From contig OZ037769.1 of NCBI GenBank assembly GCA_964035545.1, forward strand, positions 6,057,929 to 6,121,928: a stretch of 64,000 nt of DNA. The letters are read 5' to 3'. Shown piece by piece: positions 26,251 through 39,530 of this stretch. A program made the position numbers and the translations under genes. This stretch comes from Bugula neritina. Its lineage: Eukaryota > Animalia > Bryozoa. Position 1 is the stretch's first letter; the number at the start of each line of letters is the position of its first letter. The notes under the pieces are model-generated. The model was not told where the DNA came from. It saw only the letters and a list, made by a program, of their open reading frames with translations, and ran no database searches.

Positions 26251-27660
26251 AACACCAGCTATCAACTTATGTTCATTTGTATCTATAGTATAGGTTTATT
26301 GTATGTTATTATACTAATCTGATGTATACATGTAAATATACTTTTCTAATACGTACACATATATGAAGCTACCGAGATAAGAACTACAGCTAATAGTAAC
26401 TTGAATATGTATGTATCCAGAGCTTCCTGATCTTTTGGAGTCTCATTTACTTTCTGTATTATAGTGAAAAATGTTTAATTGAAATAAAATATTTATATAT
26501 TGACGAACATACTAATTGAAACTATGTTGTGATACGTTCCTTAAAAAATTTGGTACAGCAGAATCGATTGCTTGCGGTTTTCCCAGCTGAGAATAAAAAC
26601 ACGGGAATGTTATTGACATAATAGTTATATTTATTGGTAGTGCCCTGAACATCAGACACACTTCATGACAGAAGTAAATTATGCTCTGCACTTTTACCAA
26701 TTATGCAAAAAACAAACAAATATTGTTATTTCATCACTGTAATGTACTAAGTAGCTGACATGCACAGTATAACATTTATTTACAGAATAATTACAGAACG
26801 ACAATGTTCTATTATTCTAAACAGTTTTATAAAAGCAAGGATAGTTTTTGATCTCATGTTTTAATAATTTACAGTTCATTCATTAGTGTGCATATATTAT
26901 AAAAAATTGGATTTGAGTTGGTAAAATGAGTAATTGAGTTACATCTTAACAGATTATAGTGCATTTTTAAATGCCATCAAATCATGCAAGTTGTCATTGT
27001 TTGAAGGTAACGATACAACCCAAGTTAAAAAAGCAATACTTCATTGTGTGCATAACTTTACAGAATATATAAAATAAAATCATATAAAAACATAAATTAC
27101 ATATAAAATTAATATCAACACTAAAATGTCAACACAACTCAACATAGTGCGAGGTGTGAAATGACCTCGTTATATCTCAACCACACTGATAGGTATTACA
27201 GCGCATTCTCTGTATTCTCAACAAACATCCCCAACGCAGCCATCGGTTTGAAGCTCTACCAGAGGTCTACAGATTCTCACGGAAGAAATGCTATTGAGAC
27301 GTTTATTTCACCATTTGCATCTACAACAGGCATATTAACTGTGTTGGATACTTTCACATTAAGCGGGAAATCTCTCACAAGAAAATTTGCGCACACAAGA
27401 TGTTTGTCATTCTATTACAACAAAAGAGATTCAAATAACAATCTGTAACTTTTTCACTGCCTCAATATAAAGACATTATGTTTCATAACCTGACCAGTGT
27501 TGAGTTATATTAGCATACTGGATAAATATCCTCACCTAAACCAGAAGTGCTAATGAGATTATCACTGTCCACACTTCCCCCAGCTGCAAGGTAACTCCGT
27601 TAACTAGAACACATCATTATTCTTACATATACACAACCTGCAAAACATAATACAGAGGTA

Positions 27661-28065
27661 GCGTAGGGCCACACGGTGCGTATTTTCGCAGACGAAAAAT
27701 TGCACTACAAGTAAAAAAGGTGTCCACTGTACGAGTTGAGAAAATATTCGCACTTGTCGCTCAGCATTCTTAACGCAAATGCGAATATTTTCTGTTGTCA
27801 TCACCTAATTGGCTGGTAGTTATTTATTGAGCTCACTTTTCTTAATTTAGTGCTACATCCCAGTAAATTGCGTTTTATTGAAAACAAGTGAGATTTAAAA
27901 ATGAATATTAATTTATCTCGCACGTGTAGCCATAGCAACAAGGCAAGCAGTAAAGTTAATCGCAAATATCATTAGCTAGTAGTTTTCGATTTAACTGATG
28001 CTCCGTTTTGTACAGCGGACACCTTTTCTACTTGTGGTTCAAAATTTTCGTCTGCGGCCCAACGC
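27661..28065. mobile_element. MITE-like element with ~55-70-bp imperfect terminal inverted repeats
   Basis: Left arm GCGTAGGGCC..GCAGACGAAAAATTGCACTACAAGTAAAAAAGGTGTCCACTGTAC matches the reverse complement of 28010-28065. Confidence 0.7.
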
Positions 28066-31000
28066 TTAGACATTGCAATAATTTTTTTCTATAAAATACA
28101 CGGGCAAAGCTGAGATAGGTGAGAATACAATACATGTAGTGTTAATACTGACTTGGATCAGAGACTGTCTGAAACCTGTCCAGAAATGCTCACCACAGAG
28201 CTGACTGCATAGCACAAGTGCTTGAACTGAAGTTCATGTCACCTGAAAACATATAGCATAAAATACAGATCATGTTTCAACTAGCATAAAAAACCCAAAA
28301 ATGTTGCTTTTGAATCCAAGGGGAGACAGCACTAGAAACTGTTGAGTGTATATTTATACTTTATAGCTAATCATTTCCCAAACATTTTTGTTTCCAAATA
28401 CTAGCATATCAAACAGATATATAATTATAAGCACAATGAATTATGTAATTTGTTGAATATGCATCTAAAAGACTGAGAGACTTAACCAAAAAATAATATC
28501 TCCAATATTTGAATGAGCTACAGCAAGATATAAGCCAACACAAGCCCAACTTGAAGTAGCAAACAACCCCAAACTTAATTTAAGTGCTAATCAACAAGAC
28601 ATTTCGATAGAGTTTGGGGCACATTACAGTTATACAGAGCCAGAATACATACAATACCTGACCATCGTCACCAGTTAACTTATAGCCGTCTCTAAACTTC
28701 ACCAAGTAGGCCACAGCAAAGCAAACAGGCTTTACAAAACAAAACATTTGTACATAGAAGAGAGAGCACCAGAGAACATAGGGACACCTGTTCTAAGATG
28801 CCAACATATTACGACTTATTAGACATTAGCAGGTGTCACGATCCATGGTATCACCACAAAACCCAATAAGAGAATCCCATGGCATGATACACAACTCATG
28901 TACAGTACATGGTAATATACGAACCATGATGGTGATAACGTACTTCTGGTGACAAAATGAAGCAGTGGGTTATTTCAATCAAAATAATGAGGTAATTTCA
29001 AAGTACTGAACAACAAAGTGATAACATAGCGAAATATGAATTGAAATATTTTATAAAGCAAGATACACTATATGACACACGGATTCAAGTTCCATATTCA
29101 ATAATCTATATGCTAAACTTACTATAAGGGCCATGAAAAAACTTTACGATCTAAGCAAGTTCCAAGGCGTTGATAGAAACACAAGCAGTTGAAAACAAAA
29201 AATAAGAAGTTCTAATAACAATTACCCCAGATTTGACAAGATCACTTCAACGCAGCATAGTACAGAAATAACAGAGTACAAGATCTTGAAAGTTCTCCAG
29301 TTTATAGCAAGTTTAAGTTAGCCAACTCACAATGTGTTGACGAATGAATAGAGAAGACAATTAAAGCAAGCATTACCCTTGGATCCAGTATCCACTGCAC
29401 AATACCTTGAACATCTCGACTGTCAGCTAGGATAATCTGAAGACGCTACAACTGGTGGGGAAAAGATATCTCTAGCAAATCATTGCTGTCAACGCTAGTA
29501 GAAAGAGACATACACTACATCAATGACATTACAAAGGATAACAAATTGAAGGATTGACTACGAAAGTCAAACTATTTTCACACAACTTTAATAGTGATGT
29601 TGTATGTTGAGGTTGGAACAACTTTTTAACCAGGAAGTTCCAATTATCAATCCATTGAAAGGCGCCCAAATTTTCATGTAACAAAATGTAAAATTAAATT
29701 GAAGTAAACACACATGATCTGATCAATCTACTCCCAAACTAGTGCAGACTAAACCAATAGGAGAAATATTTCTGGTCAACATTGGAAGACAGGCATAAAA
29801 AGAGATATCAATATAAATTCAGGTTTTTAAGAGAATTGTGAATGCTTGATATCGGGAAACAAATAGAAGCTCACATGTGAATGTTCAGTTCTAAACCAGA
29901 AGTTCTCTGTTTGCTTTTTACTTAAATACCCAAATTATACGAAAGCATCTGGAAATCTTTGCTACAGCCAAAACAATTCTTAGCAGCTGACAGAAACCGC
30001 TCTTACAACTTAAGTAAACAGTTTGGGAGTAATTGATCAGACCTGTAAAGACTACCCGTAAGGAACTATCAGTGTGAACAGAAATTTCTTTTCAAAACTC
30101 GAAAGGAATAAGCAAAAACATAAGCTATCAATAGTTATAAAATGGTAAAGTGAAATATGAGAAAACTTACTTGTTTAAGAAGTAAATAGAAACACAATGG
30201 AACCACTACATAATTTCAAACCTCTGAGAAAAGTTGCATAGGCAGTTTATCTTCGAACTTATTCCAGCAACACATGTACTGATCAACAGTAACCAGTACA
30301 AGTAGCAAATAAGTACAGTCGCGCGGAGTCTACTAGATTGAGGCTGCTAACATGATGGATACAATGCAGAATAAAACAATTGCTAGAAATAAGATCCTTG
30401 TGATTTCTACTCCATGTTTGCTGGGAGCAGCAACGTACAAAAGGTTTATACAAAAACATGTAAACAACCCTTCATGATAAAAAACTAATTAAAGCTAAAA
30501 ACATCAACAATTGAGCAAGAAGAAAATGCTAGAACTAGTATAAAATTCTCAACATAAGCCAGTGATGAAGAATGTTGCAATATTATATTGTTGAATAAAC
30601 CATAAGACTGAAACAAAATCCCACGTTTGTTTTACACATTATTTTAAAACTAGAACAATGTTACATTCGAATGCCCACAAAGTTCACAACCGTTAACTTT
30701 ATATTGACTCAAGTCGACCCTTTTCTTCATAAAAATAATCCACTATTGATGGAGCAAGCAGTAGCATGCACTGAGAAGCTGTGGCAACAGTCCGACTCCA
30801 CGAAATTTGAAGACCGATTGAAGTCAGATAATAACCAACTGTTGAGAACTACATGGCTGATAGGCGAAATAGTAAGTATATTACAGTATATCAACACCGA
30901 CTTATTTACATTAAAACTAATCGAGGTCATATATCCACCATCCGATGAATTACACAGTGACATCCTGACAAAGCTTGAACAGCAGCTGCTTCGTACCAAA

Positions 31001-31220
31001 CAATCACCAAATATGGCTGCCCAAAATGCTTTGCTCTCCAAATATATTGAAGTCTACAGATGTAAAGAGCTAGCCGGTGAAGTGGAAAATCACCGAGTGG
31101 AACTATAACAAAGGACTGGTTAGTTTGGTAAGTTTCGATGGTAGTGGTTGATGTTGACCTTACCATCCACTTGATGTCATTAGCAGCAGCAGATGTCAGT
31201 CAGGATGTAGTACTATGGTT

Positions 31221-34200
31221 TTATCTTACGTTGTTCAATCTGACTTCCAGCTCTCGGCCATTAAGTTTTGTTTTGTTGAAAAGGTCTAGAAAACTTTGTA
31301 AAGGAAAGAACGGAAGATACTGACAAAACGACCTGAGTTAGCTGAGAAGAATACGGCAATGGAGTTGATAGTATAACATAATATAACATTGGTATTATTA
31401 GGGGAGGCAAATCAAACTTGCAAATTAATGATTGAAGAATTCAGCCAACTGGGTCTGTCATAACCTAAGTTTGGCAGACACACTCAAGGAAGAGAAAATC
31501 ATCAGGGAGTGAAAAGGTTTAGCTTAGAGCCTAGTGCATAGCAATTGTCATACAATGCAATAGCCTGTTAATGTCAGGACATGACATGATCTCAAGTTTA
31601 CACACTCAACAAGGTTTCAGCTTCCACCTTTCTACCCTAACAAGTGTTGAAAAATGCACAAACTCGAATACTGCACCGTACAAGAGTTAACCTGTACAAA
31701 AGGATACTGACTGCACGCCTGGCCTCGTCTGGAGCAGTAAATCTCACGATTCCAAACCCACGGGACTTGTTTTCTGCATCCTTCTTTATTTCTGCGTACT
31801 GAACCTCGCCTGCTGCCCTGAAGGTTTCTTTCATCATCTGCCACGTGTAGCTGAATGGCAGCTGTAAGGACACGGCCAATTGGGTCAGCAGAGAGACAAA
31901 GTACCGGCAGCTAACAACTCTGTTGACTCACACAACAGGCAGCATTAGGCAATTACAGAAGTAAAACTTAAAATTTGAAATTAAGCAGATGGAGGTCTAC
32001 ACAGGTAAATTAAGGTTTATGCAGGTAAATAAAGGTCTTTACAGGTAAATAAAGGTGTCTGTAGACATATGAAGGTGTATGCAGGCAAAAGACGAAGTAG
32101 AAGAGCGCCACCTACATTTCTCACGAACACGCTTGTTATTTCACCGGAATCACCAGCCCCCCTCATAGGAGATCGTCTGCTTCTGTCCATCCCTCGGTCC
32201 ATGCCACCATCTCGACCTCCATAACCCCGACTGCTGCCACCTGACATTACGGAATGAAACATACTTCTTTTAGCCCTAAGTTCAGACTATTACAAACATA
32301 AGACAGAGGGCTTCAACTCATCCTTACATTATTCTTACAGTAGCTTTTTGTTTAATTCTGCCTATTGTTAGTAACTGTAACCACTGCAATATGTTCAACT
32401 ACAATAATAAAATTTGATTTGGAGCACCAAAGGCTGGTAATTCTGAGTATATCAAGTGCTAACTGATAGAAGTGTGGATCTATAGGTCTATTGCAAACAC
32501 TGGTAAATAATTTTAGTACAAGTGAGCAACTTAACAGCAATCTAGTAGTATGTATAGTATTTGGCAGTTTGGATTCAAGACTACTACACAGTACAGCATC
32601 AACGTCCAACCCACTAGCAGAATACTGGCACATTAACCTAGCAGCCGTGGTCTAGAGGTTAGAGCGTTTGCCTACTAAGCACAAAGTCATGGGTTCGAGC
32701 CCTGACAAAGGCCATTGGTGATGTTAGGAAGAGCATCCAGTCATAATTGCTCCTGTGCCTCATCTGAATAAGTACTTAGCCGGATTTAAAAAAACTTTTA
32801 TCGGGGGTTTTCTAACAGGGGTGGTGACTATAAACTTGCGCGAATAAGAACATAGCAGCCGCTAGGTTATGTAACCAACATACTTACCTCCACCTAGATG
32901 ACTGCTACCACCACCACTACCACCGGATATATTGTTCATCATGTTACTGAGAGTGTTGAATGCTTCTGGATTATTCTGAAGATTTGCAGCTAAACTAGCA
33001 AAGCTGCTGAGGTCACCCAGACCTACGGAGATAAGCACAGCTATAAAACTCTGAATAGAAACTTACAAACTTGAATAGTAAGCCAGAAGTCAGAAACACA
33101 CTACTTGCTGATTTACATGAAATACTCTCTTGCCACTTGCAGAAATTTAGAGAAAATAAACAACGATCCTTTTACTTAATTTAGTATACACTCAATATAT
33201 TTCGTTTTTGGCTATTTTTTACAATTTAGCTGCTAATATATATGTTTTTCCCCCAAACTAATAGAATATTAACAAACAAAATTAATTGATTAAAGCTTTT
33301 TTTTTAATTTTGCATACTTTCTATGTTTTTTTGTTTTTTGTTTTGGTTTTTTAATTACCAATATGGTAATTAAATGTACTTTATTGCTGCAGGTTTTCCT
33401 CTCGGCCTTTTTTTCCTACCTTTGAGGTTGATATTGTCAATAGAACTGCCGGGTCCACCGCCCAGACTGTCCATTCCAAAGTTGCTGCTGGAAGATCCCA
33501 GACCACCCATGGAGCTACTGCTGCCTCCTCCACCACTGAGACTTGAGCCAAACCCTCCGAGCCCTCCAAGAGAAGAGCCGAAGTCTCCCCCAGACAAACC
33601 ACCTGAAAGACCCATATTACTAGCACCTGTGAAGAGCATTAGCAAGTTAGAGATATTGTCACGTGTGTATATCACAGGAACAGTGCAGAGTCTGACCACA
33701 GAATGTAAATAGGGAGAAAATGAAGAGGTGAATAAACAACGTATTTGTGAATTTAACTGGTAAATCTCTCCCACAATGTAACAAGATAGTGAGCACAACA
33801 AGCTATGAATATAGGTTGAACAGACAACACTTACCACCAAGACTGCCCATGTTACTACCCATTCCACTGAGCGGGCCCATGCCAGATCCCATACCTTCAA
33901 CATCACAGATACAAACACTATATCTACTAATATATACCATTTACCCAGTATATGCTTATTTTAAACACTATATCTACATTTTTCAACTATTAGTTGTACA
34001 TTTTAATAAATAGAAGATAACATATAGATGCAGCTGATTGGTTCAGAGTAAAGCATACGTCCGGCTACTCACCGCCCATGCCACTTCCTCCCATACCCAT
34101 AAAGCCGCCTCCTAGATTGGCACCAGCACCTCCCAAAGGCAGCGTAGATCCAATACCTTTGAGACCCTCTGTAAACAGACAGACATGATATGTAAACACT

Positions 34201-37200
34201 CAGTGTGTTACTCATACACATCAGCATAAAAAGCTTTCAATGTTACACAATTAGTTTCTTTCATATACTTATTATGTATGCTTCTGCCAAATGTGATGTG
34301 TCATTCATATAGCAAGCATGTGTTTCTATTGACAACTTGGCTTTGAATAAAAATAGTGTTTTGCAATTTACAAATGTAATGTCAGTGCAGAATTTTAGTA
34401 GAGAAACAACCAATTTTGGTATCTGCTCATAGACAGCTAGTTGATAACATGTTGCACAATGTGCGTTCTTAATTTAATCACCTATCCAATATGGATATTT
34501 GTTTTTCACAATAACTAGAGTTTGGGTAGAGATAGGATTCTAGAGGTTTGTGAATTCAGAAGTAACACAAAATTCTGATATGAAAACAACGTTTTTAGTG
34601 GCACAATAAAAAGTGTAAAAATGTAATATTTTGAGCATTAATTATGAAGCTAGTTCTAGACTAACTGTGAGTTTATACTTCTTGCACTGATGCTTACACA
34701 AGGAAATGGCAGAGCGACAACCAAATTCCACGGAACACAAGGCTATGAAGCAGAAAACCGTAAATCATAGTAAAATACCTGGAAGGGCTGGCTTCCTCTC
34801 CTCCATGTTTGCTAACCTGTCCATCTTAACAGACATGTTCCTGTCAAACAGAGTCTGTCCGTTGAACATACTGATGGCTTGCAGAGCCTCCAGTGCTGTG
34901 TCGTAAGCTACTACAGCCATTCCTCGGAATTTCCCATCTTTGTCATTCTTGCACTCGAGCTGCAACACACACCATGTCATGACAATATCAAAATCGGTTG
35001 AAGTACAGTGCTCCTTCCGTATGTCACTAAGCTGTGGGTCTGGAAACCTCAATCAGTGACAGAGTAGAATGCCAGAGTTAACTCACAGATCCGTTAAATT
35101 CAGCCATTTTGTCCCTATACACAGATGAATAAGCCACAAAACAGGGGTTCAAGCCCTTCTCAGGACCTATGGAATTCAGCGAGACAGGGATCGGTGAGAT
35201 ATGGAGGGAGCACTGTATTTAATGCGAATATACTCAACATTTCTAGAGCTGCTCTCATGTAAGCTATGCTGACGGAGCTTATATTTAAGATACATTTATT
35301 GCTTCTACTTTTGTGAAAGTATTCAAGTAAACACAAGTTCACATGGAAACCAATGGGTAAAGACTCAGATGATTGTTTGCCTTATAAGTATGATGTGAAG
35401 CCATTGACATGACAAGCAGGTAGTCAGAGTGCTTTTTGTGATAATGGCAGCCAACACCTGGGGGGAGGGGGGAGAAACCTTACCTTGCTAACTGAACCAG
35501 CCATGGTAAATACTTCCTTCAGCTTCTGCTCAGTGCAACGGTAATCCAACTACAAACAGAGTTATAGTCAGTGCAAGCCTATAGTCAACGTAAGCTTATA
35601 GTCAGTATAAGCTTATAGTGAGTGTAAGATATAAGCAGTTGAGTTGCTAGACAAAATATTTTGAGCTGAGAGGATATTTAATTTAGTAATTCTATCCAAG
35701 TGCGCTTTTTTCAGGTTTGTTTATCTGAATTTAGCTGGATTTCCCGCAGTAGTTTAATTCGTTTGATCAATGCCTTCCAAACGTCAAACCATTGTCATAC
35801 CACTTACAATCAATAACAAAGAAATCCCATATTCATGAGATGTAAACTGGCAGACAGCAAAAAGTGAGCAAAACTACAATTAAGTGTAGTGAATCTTACA
35901 TTAGCCACAAAAACTTGGTTAGTGATGGGACCTTCTGTGATACCCAGATTGTTGAGTAGCTGTGGTGTCACTCCTGGAGGCAGGTTCATGGGAAGACCCA
36001 TACCACCGCCCCCTCCCATCGGCGGACCACCTCTATCCATGTGAAGGTCACCTCTATCACGGCCCATGCCGCCTCGGCTATCAGACTTGATATCATTGGA
36101 GTGACGGCGTCTATCTCTATCTGTTTCCTGTAGAAAATCAAACAGCGAGTATTTAGCTCACATTACATATTTAATAGTTAGAAATTCTCGAAGTATAAAA
36201 CGTCTGTTTCAATCACATTCTGCACACAGTGAGTCCAACCATATTTTCTAATGAGGCACGTCATGGTAAATTTACGAGGGATGTAGTATTTTAAACACAT
36301 GAATGAGGTCTATGATGCTGTAATGTTTTGTTACACAAATAGATGCGTAAGCATAGAAAGAAAATTGCACAAAGAAACATACACTAATATGAGCATACCT
36401 CTCGGACTATGATCTTCCTTCCGCCAACCTCATATCTATTCATTTTATCCACAGCTTCCTGGGCTTTAGAAATATCTCTAAATTCTACTAAGCCAGCGCC
36501 CATTGGTTTTCCATCAGCTCTGTCGTACAGTGTCACATAACAGTCTCCAACTAAAACAACATGAACATAATAACATGCAAGTTTGGCTCTATCAGCTAGG
36601 TTCATATTGCAAAGAGTTTGAGTTTCAGACATACAATGCTCATTCAGACATTACCATGCTCTTTAAACAAATCCTTGACATCTTTCCATTTCAGGTCAAA
36701 CGGCATGTTTGATATATAGAGTCTCCTGGATTGTACGGGTCTGACAATTCTTCTGGGTGATCGTGAACGCGATCTTGACCTTGAACGACCTCTGTGACCA
36801 TTTTCATGCTGCGGAGACCTAAATAAGCGGAAAAATCATTAAAATATTAGTATTTCTGTCACTGAAAATTGCGCATGCACCATTCAACTCAGTGTTCAAT
36901 TCTTATCTTTTATTTCACAGTATGCACATCTAATGCTAACACTAAAATGAGATATTAAAAATTTTATTGAATATAATAATGCAGGCTATATTTCTATCAC
37001 AGACTCGTATATGCTGAGGTTGACAACACAATACAAAGAGAAGCCTTTCAGAGAAAGATTTAGATTACTGATTAACTTTGATTTTGATTCTTAGTCTTCG
37101 TGTGATTAGCTCACTAGGTTTAGCCATTAGCCTTAGGTGCTTCAGTTAACTTTATCATATTGACATTGAGATGATATATTTATAATTCAGTATGATTGTG

Positions 37201-38373
37201 ATCATCATCATGATTATGATTTAATTTTACAATTAACCCTTACGGGACCACCTTTAAAGTTAGGCTATGTAATATTCCGGCTCATTTGAGTATCGTAAAA
37301 ATTGCCATCAACTTTTGGCATTCGTTTTGATTCAATTATCAATATTAATAAGTTACAAAAGCTTTTGACCTTAAATAAACTAGTCAATAGGATTTTAAGA
37401 GCATTTTATATTTTAAAAACTTTTCAAAGTGACAGGAGATCGCAATTCCAGCTACAGTAATCATTTTAAATACTAATAGGCCTCTCATAGCGACTATTAT
37501 TAATATTGACAAACCAAAATGGTAACATAAATTGATAAAACCAAGAAAAAAAGTTGCTACTTGAACGTTTTTGTTTATTGTGCTGTTCTCACAAAAAAAA
37601 ACCTGAATAAAATAAACTGGCTGTGCATGATTTACTAACAATTTGTTCCATTTGAAATTTTTGTAAAACCATTACCACTAATTTTAGTATTTTGGTATTA
37701 AATTATAAAGCAAATAGCTAGCTTGGTGGTTATTTATTTAATGTCCATAATTATCTGTAAACTAATAGTAATACTAATAGTAATATCTCTAACCTGCATT
37801 ATTGATTATTTACATCACATTTAATGATTTATAAAATTTGAAGCAATTTGGTCTAAACTGAAACTCTAAAGATTAAGATAGAATTTAAACATAATGATCA
37901 GTTATTAAGCGCTATCGTTTGTAATTCAAATTGTATAGTTTATTAGTTACGGCGGGGGGGGGGCATGTGTGTCCAATAGATCTGTGGATAGACTTGAAGT
38001 AATTTGCAAAGACATGTATCAGTGATATATATCCCTTTGATCACGTACGGGTTAAACTTAACAGAGTCAGATTGAGATTATGAGTATCGTTATCATAATC
38101 TGATTATCAATGAATTCAGAATTGAATAATAATTTATGATTATCATTAAGATTATGTTACCAGGGGCAGGTCCAGAATGTTCTGATTTTCATGAAGCGAG
38201 AGGTCTTGGGACTTAACCCAATCAAGATCAAGACTTGTTGTTTGCAAAAATTCAAACAAACAGTATCCTAACTAACTTCATTTTAGAATAAACTAGAATG
38301 CAATTTACCTATCATTAGACTCCAATTTCATTAAAGCCTTGTCATATGGCGTTGGTGAATATCTATCAGCCAT
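31221..38373 (-). CDS. hnRNP M / myelin expression factor 2 family protein (3 RRMs, Gly/Met-rich linker, N-terminal RS tract)
   Basis: Exons (minus): 38373-38309, 36818-36655, 36550-36399, 36127-35900, 35549-35484, 34959-34779, 34168-34073, 33894-33835, 33626-33420, 33022-32888, 32240-32116, 31861-31708, 31285-31221. RRM motifs: LYISNMPFDLKWKDVKDLF, VFVANLDYR..KLKEVFTMAG, FRGMAVV..ALQAISMFNGQTLFDR, VFVRNLPFSYTWQ..KSRGFGIVRF. Probably co-orthologous to vertebrate HNRNPM and MYEF2, so no single symbol is given. Confidence 0.93.
31286..31707 (-). other. U12-type (minor spliceosome) GT-AG intron
   Basis: Donor GTATCCTTTT. Branch-like TTTCCTTTAC followed by 12 nt ending in AG. Confidence 0.85.
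32641..32840 (+). mobile_element. tRNA-derived SINE family 1, copy 3
   Basis: Head GCAGCCGTGGTCTAGAGGTTAGAGCG...GGGTTCGAGCCC; body shared with 3504 and 4427. Confidence 0.88.
35006..35215. mobile_element. Tc1/mariner(pogo)-type MITE
   Basis: TA|CAGTGCTCCTTCCGTATGTCAC ... GTGAGATATGGAGGGAGCACTG|TA: TIRs with a TA target duplication. Confidence 0.85.
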
Positions 38374-38379
38374 TTTTTG

Positions 38380-38800
38380 TTCTACCTCTACGTACTCTAA
38401 GGCCAAAAATAAGCTCTCAACTTCGTTTTAGCCTGTATCTATAGACAGTCCGCGCTGCGGTACGAATTACTATTCTAGCGGTGTCTATAGTAACCAGGTT
38501 TTTAGGCTGGGTGCGACGTGCACGCGAGATTGTTTAAATATAGAGTTATTGTCCTAATATAAGCAATATGTACGATAACTCCAATTAACACGAAAAATTT
38601 TACTAAATCCTGAAGGTGTACCATTAGTTGCGCACGCGCCGTCAAATAATGGTATCTATCTTTAAGTTTAATTTATCATAATCATTAAAGTAATTGTTAT
38701 ACTTATAGTTATACTTATTGTATGCTTATGCTACCTTGATCTTATTTTTTCCCCTATAATCACAGCACTGCGAAGTGTGTTTCCATTGTGACTGTAAGTA
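38380..38800. promoter_or_regulatory. Probable bidirectional promoter (hnRNP M-like / PPP1R2)
   Basis: Local CpG cluster (CCGCGCTGCGG, TGCGACGTGCACGCG, TGCGCACGCGCCG) between divergent genes. A plus-strand donor CT|GTAAGT at ~38794 and an acceptor at 41267 just before the PPP1R2 ATG suggest a non-coding first exon. Confidence 0.55.
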
Positions 38801-39222
38801 TTTTTAATTGCTTTTTCAGCTACATAGTTTATTAATTATCATATTCAATTTCATATTGTAAACTAAAACTATAAGTACAAGTATAAGGCTAAGCAATTTA
38901 GCATTGAATTTCATTGACTGAATCAAATTCAAAATTCAATGCTTTTACTTTTAGTTTTAGTTTTGGCTTTGCAAAGTGATAGTCTGAAAGAGTCAAGACT
39001 GCAGAGCCTGAGTTAAACCTAAGCTAGAATTTAAATTTTACTTAAATTTTAGGTCCAGCTTTTCAAAAACACCAGCTAAAATTGAAAATAAAACCTAAAC
39101 TTGAAGCCTTTACTTTTAGTTTTAGGTCTAACATTAACACTAGCCACCACTGATCACTATGACTATAGCTATCAGCTGATAATTGACTAACTCTAACTCA
39201 TTAAAAATTTAACCATCTGCTT

Positions 39223-39530
39223 CTAGTAGTAGAAGTAGTAGTGGTTCTAACAGTAGTTCTAACAGTAGCAGTAGTTCTAACAGTAGCAGTAGTTCTGACA
39301 GCAGCAGTAGTTCTAACAGCAGCAGTAGTTCCAACAGCAGCAGTAGTTCTAGCAGTAGCAGTAGTTCTAGCAGTAGCAGTAGTTCTAACAGTAGCAGTAG
39401 TTCTAACAGTAGCAGTAGTTCTAACAGTAGCATTAGTTCTAACAGTAGCAGTAGTTCTAGCAGTAGCAGTAGTTCTAGCAGTAGCAGTAGTTCTAACAGT
39501 AACAGTAGTTCTAACAGTAACAGTAGTTTC
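39223..39530. repeat. 18-bp minisatellite AGTAGTTCTAACAGTAGC (~16 copies)
   Basis: Seen directly. It explains the ORF-track entries at 39209 and 39241. Confidence 0.95.

Noticed and set aside
27161-27448. 95-aa plus-strand ORF
   Set aside because: No motif and no convincing splice partners; treated as chance.
33374-33712. Pro-rich plus-strand ORF
   Set aside because: Antisense shadow of the Gly-rich hnRNP M-like exon.
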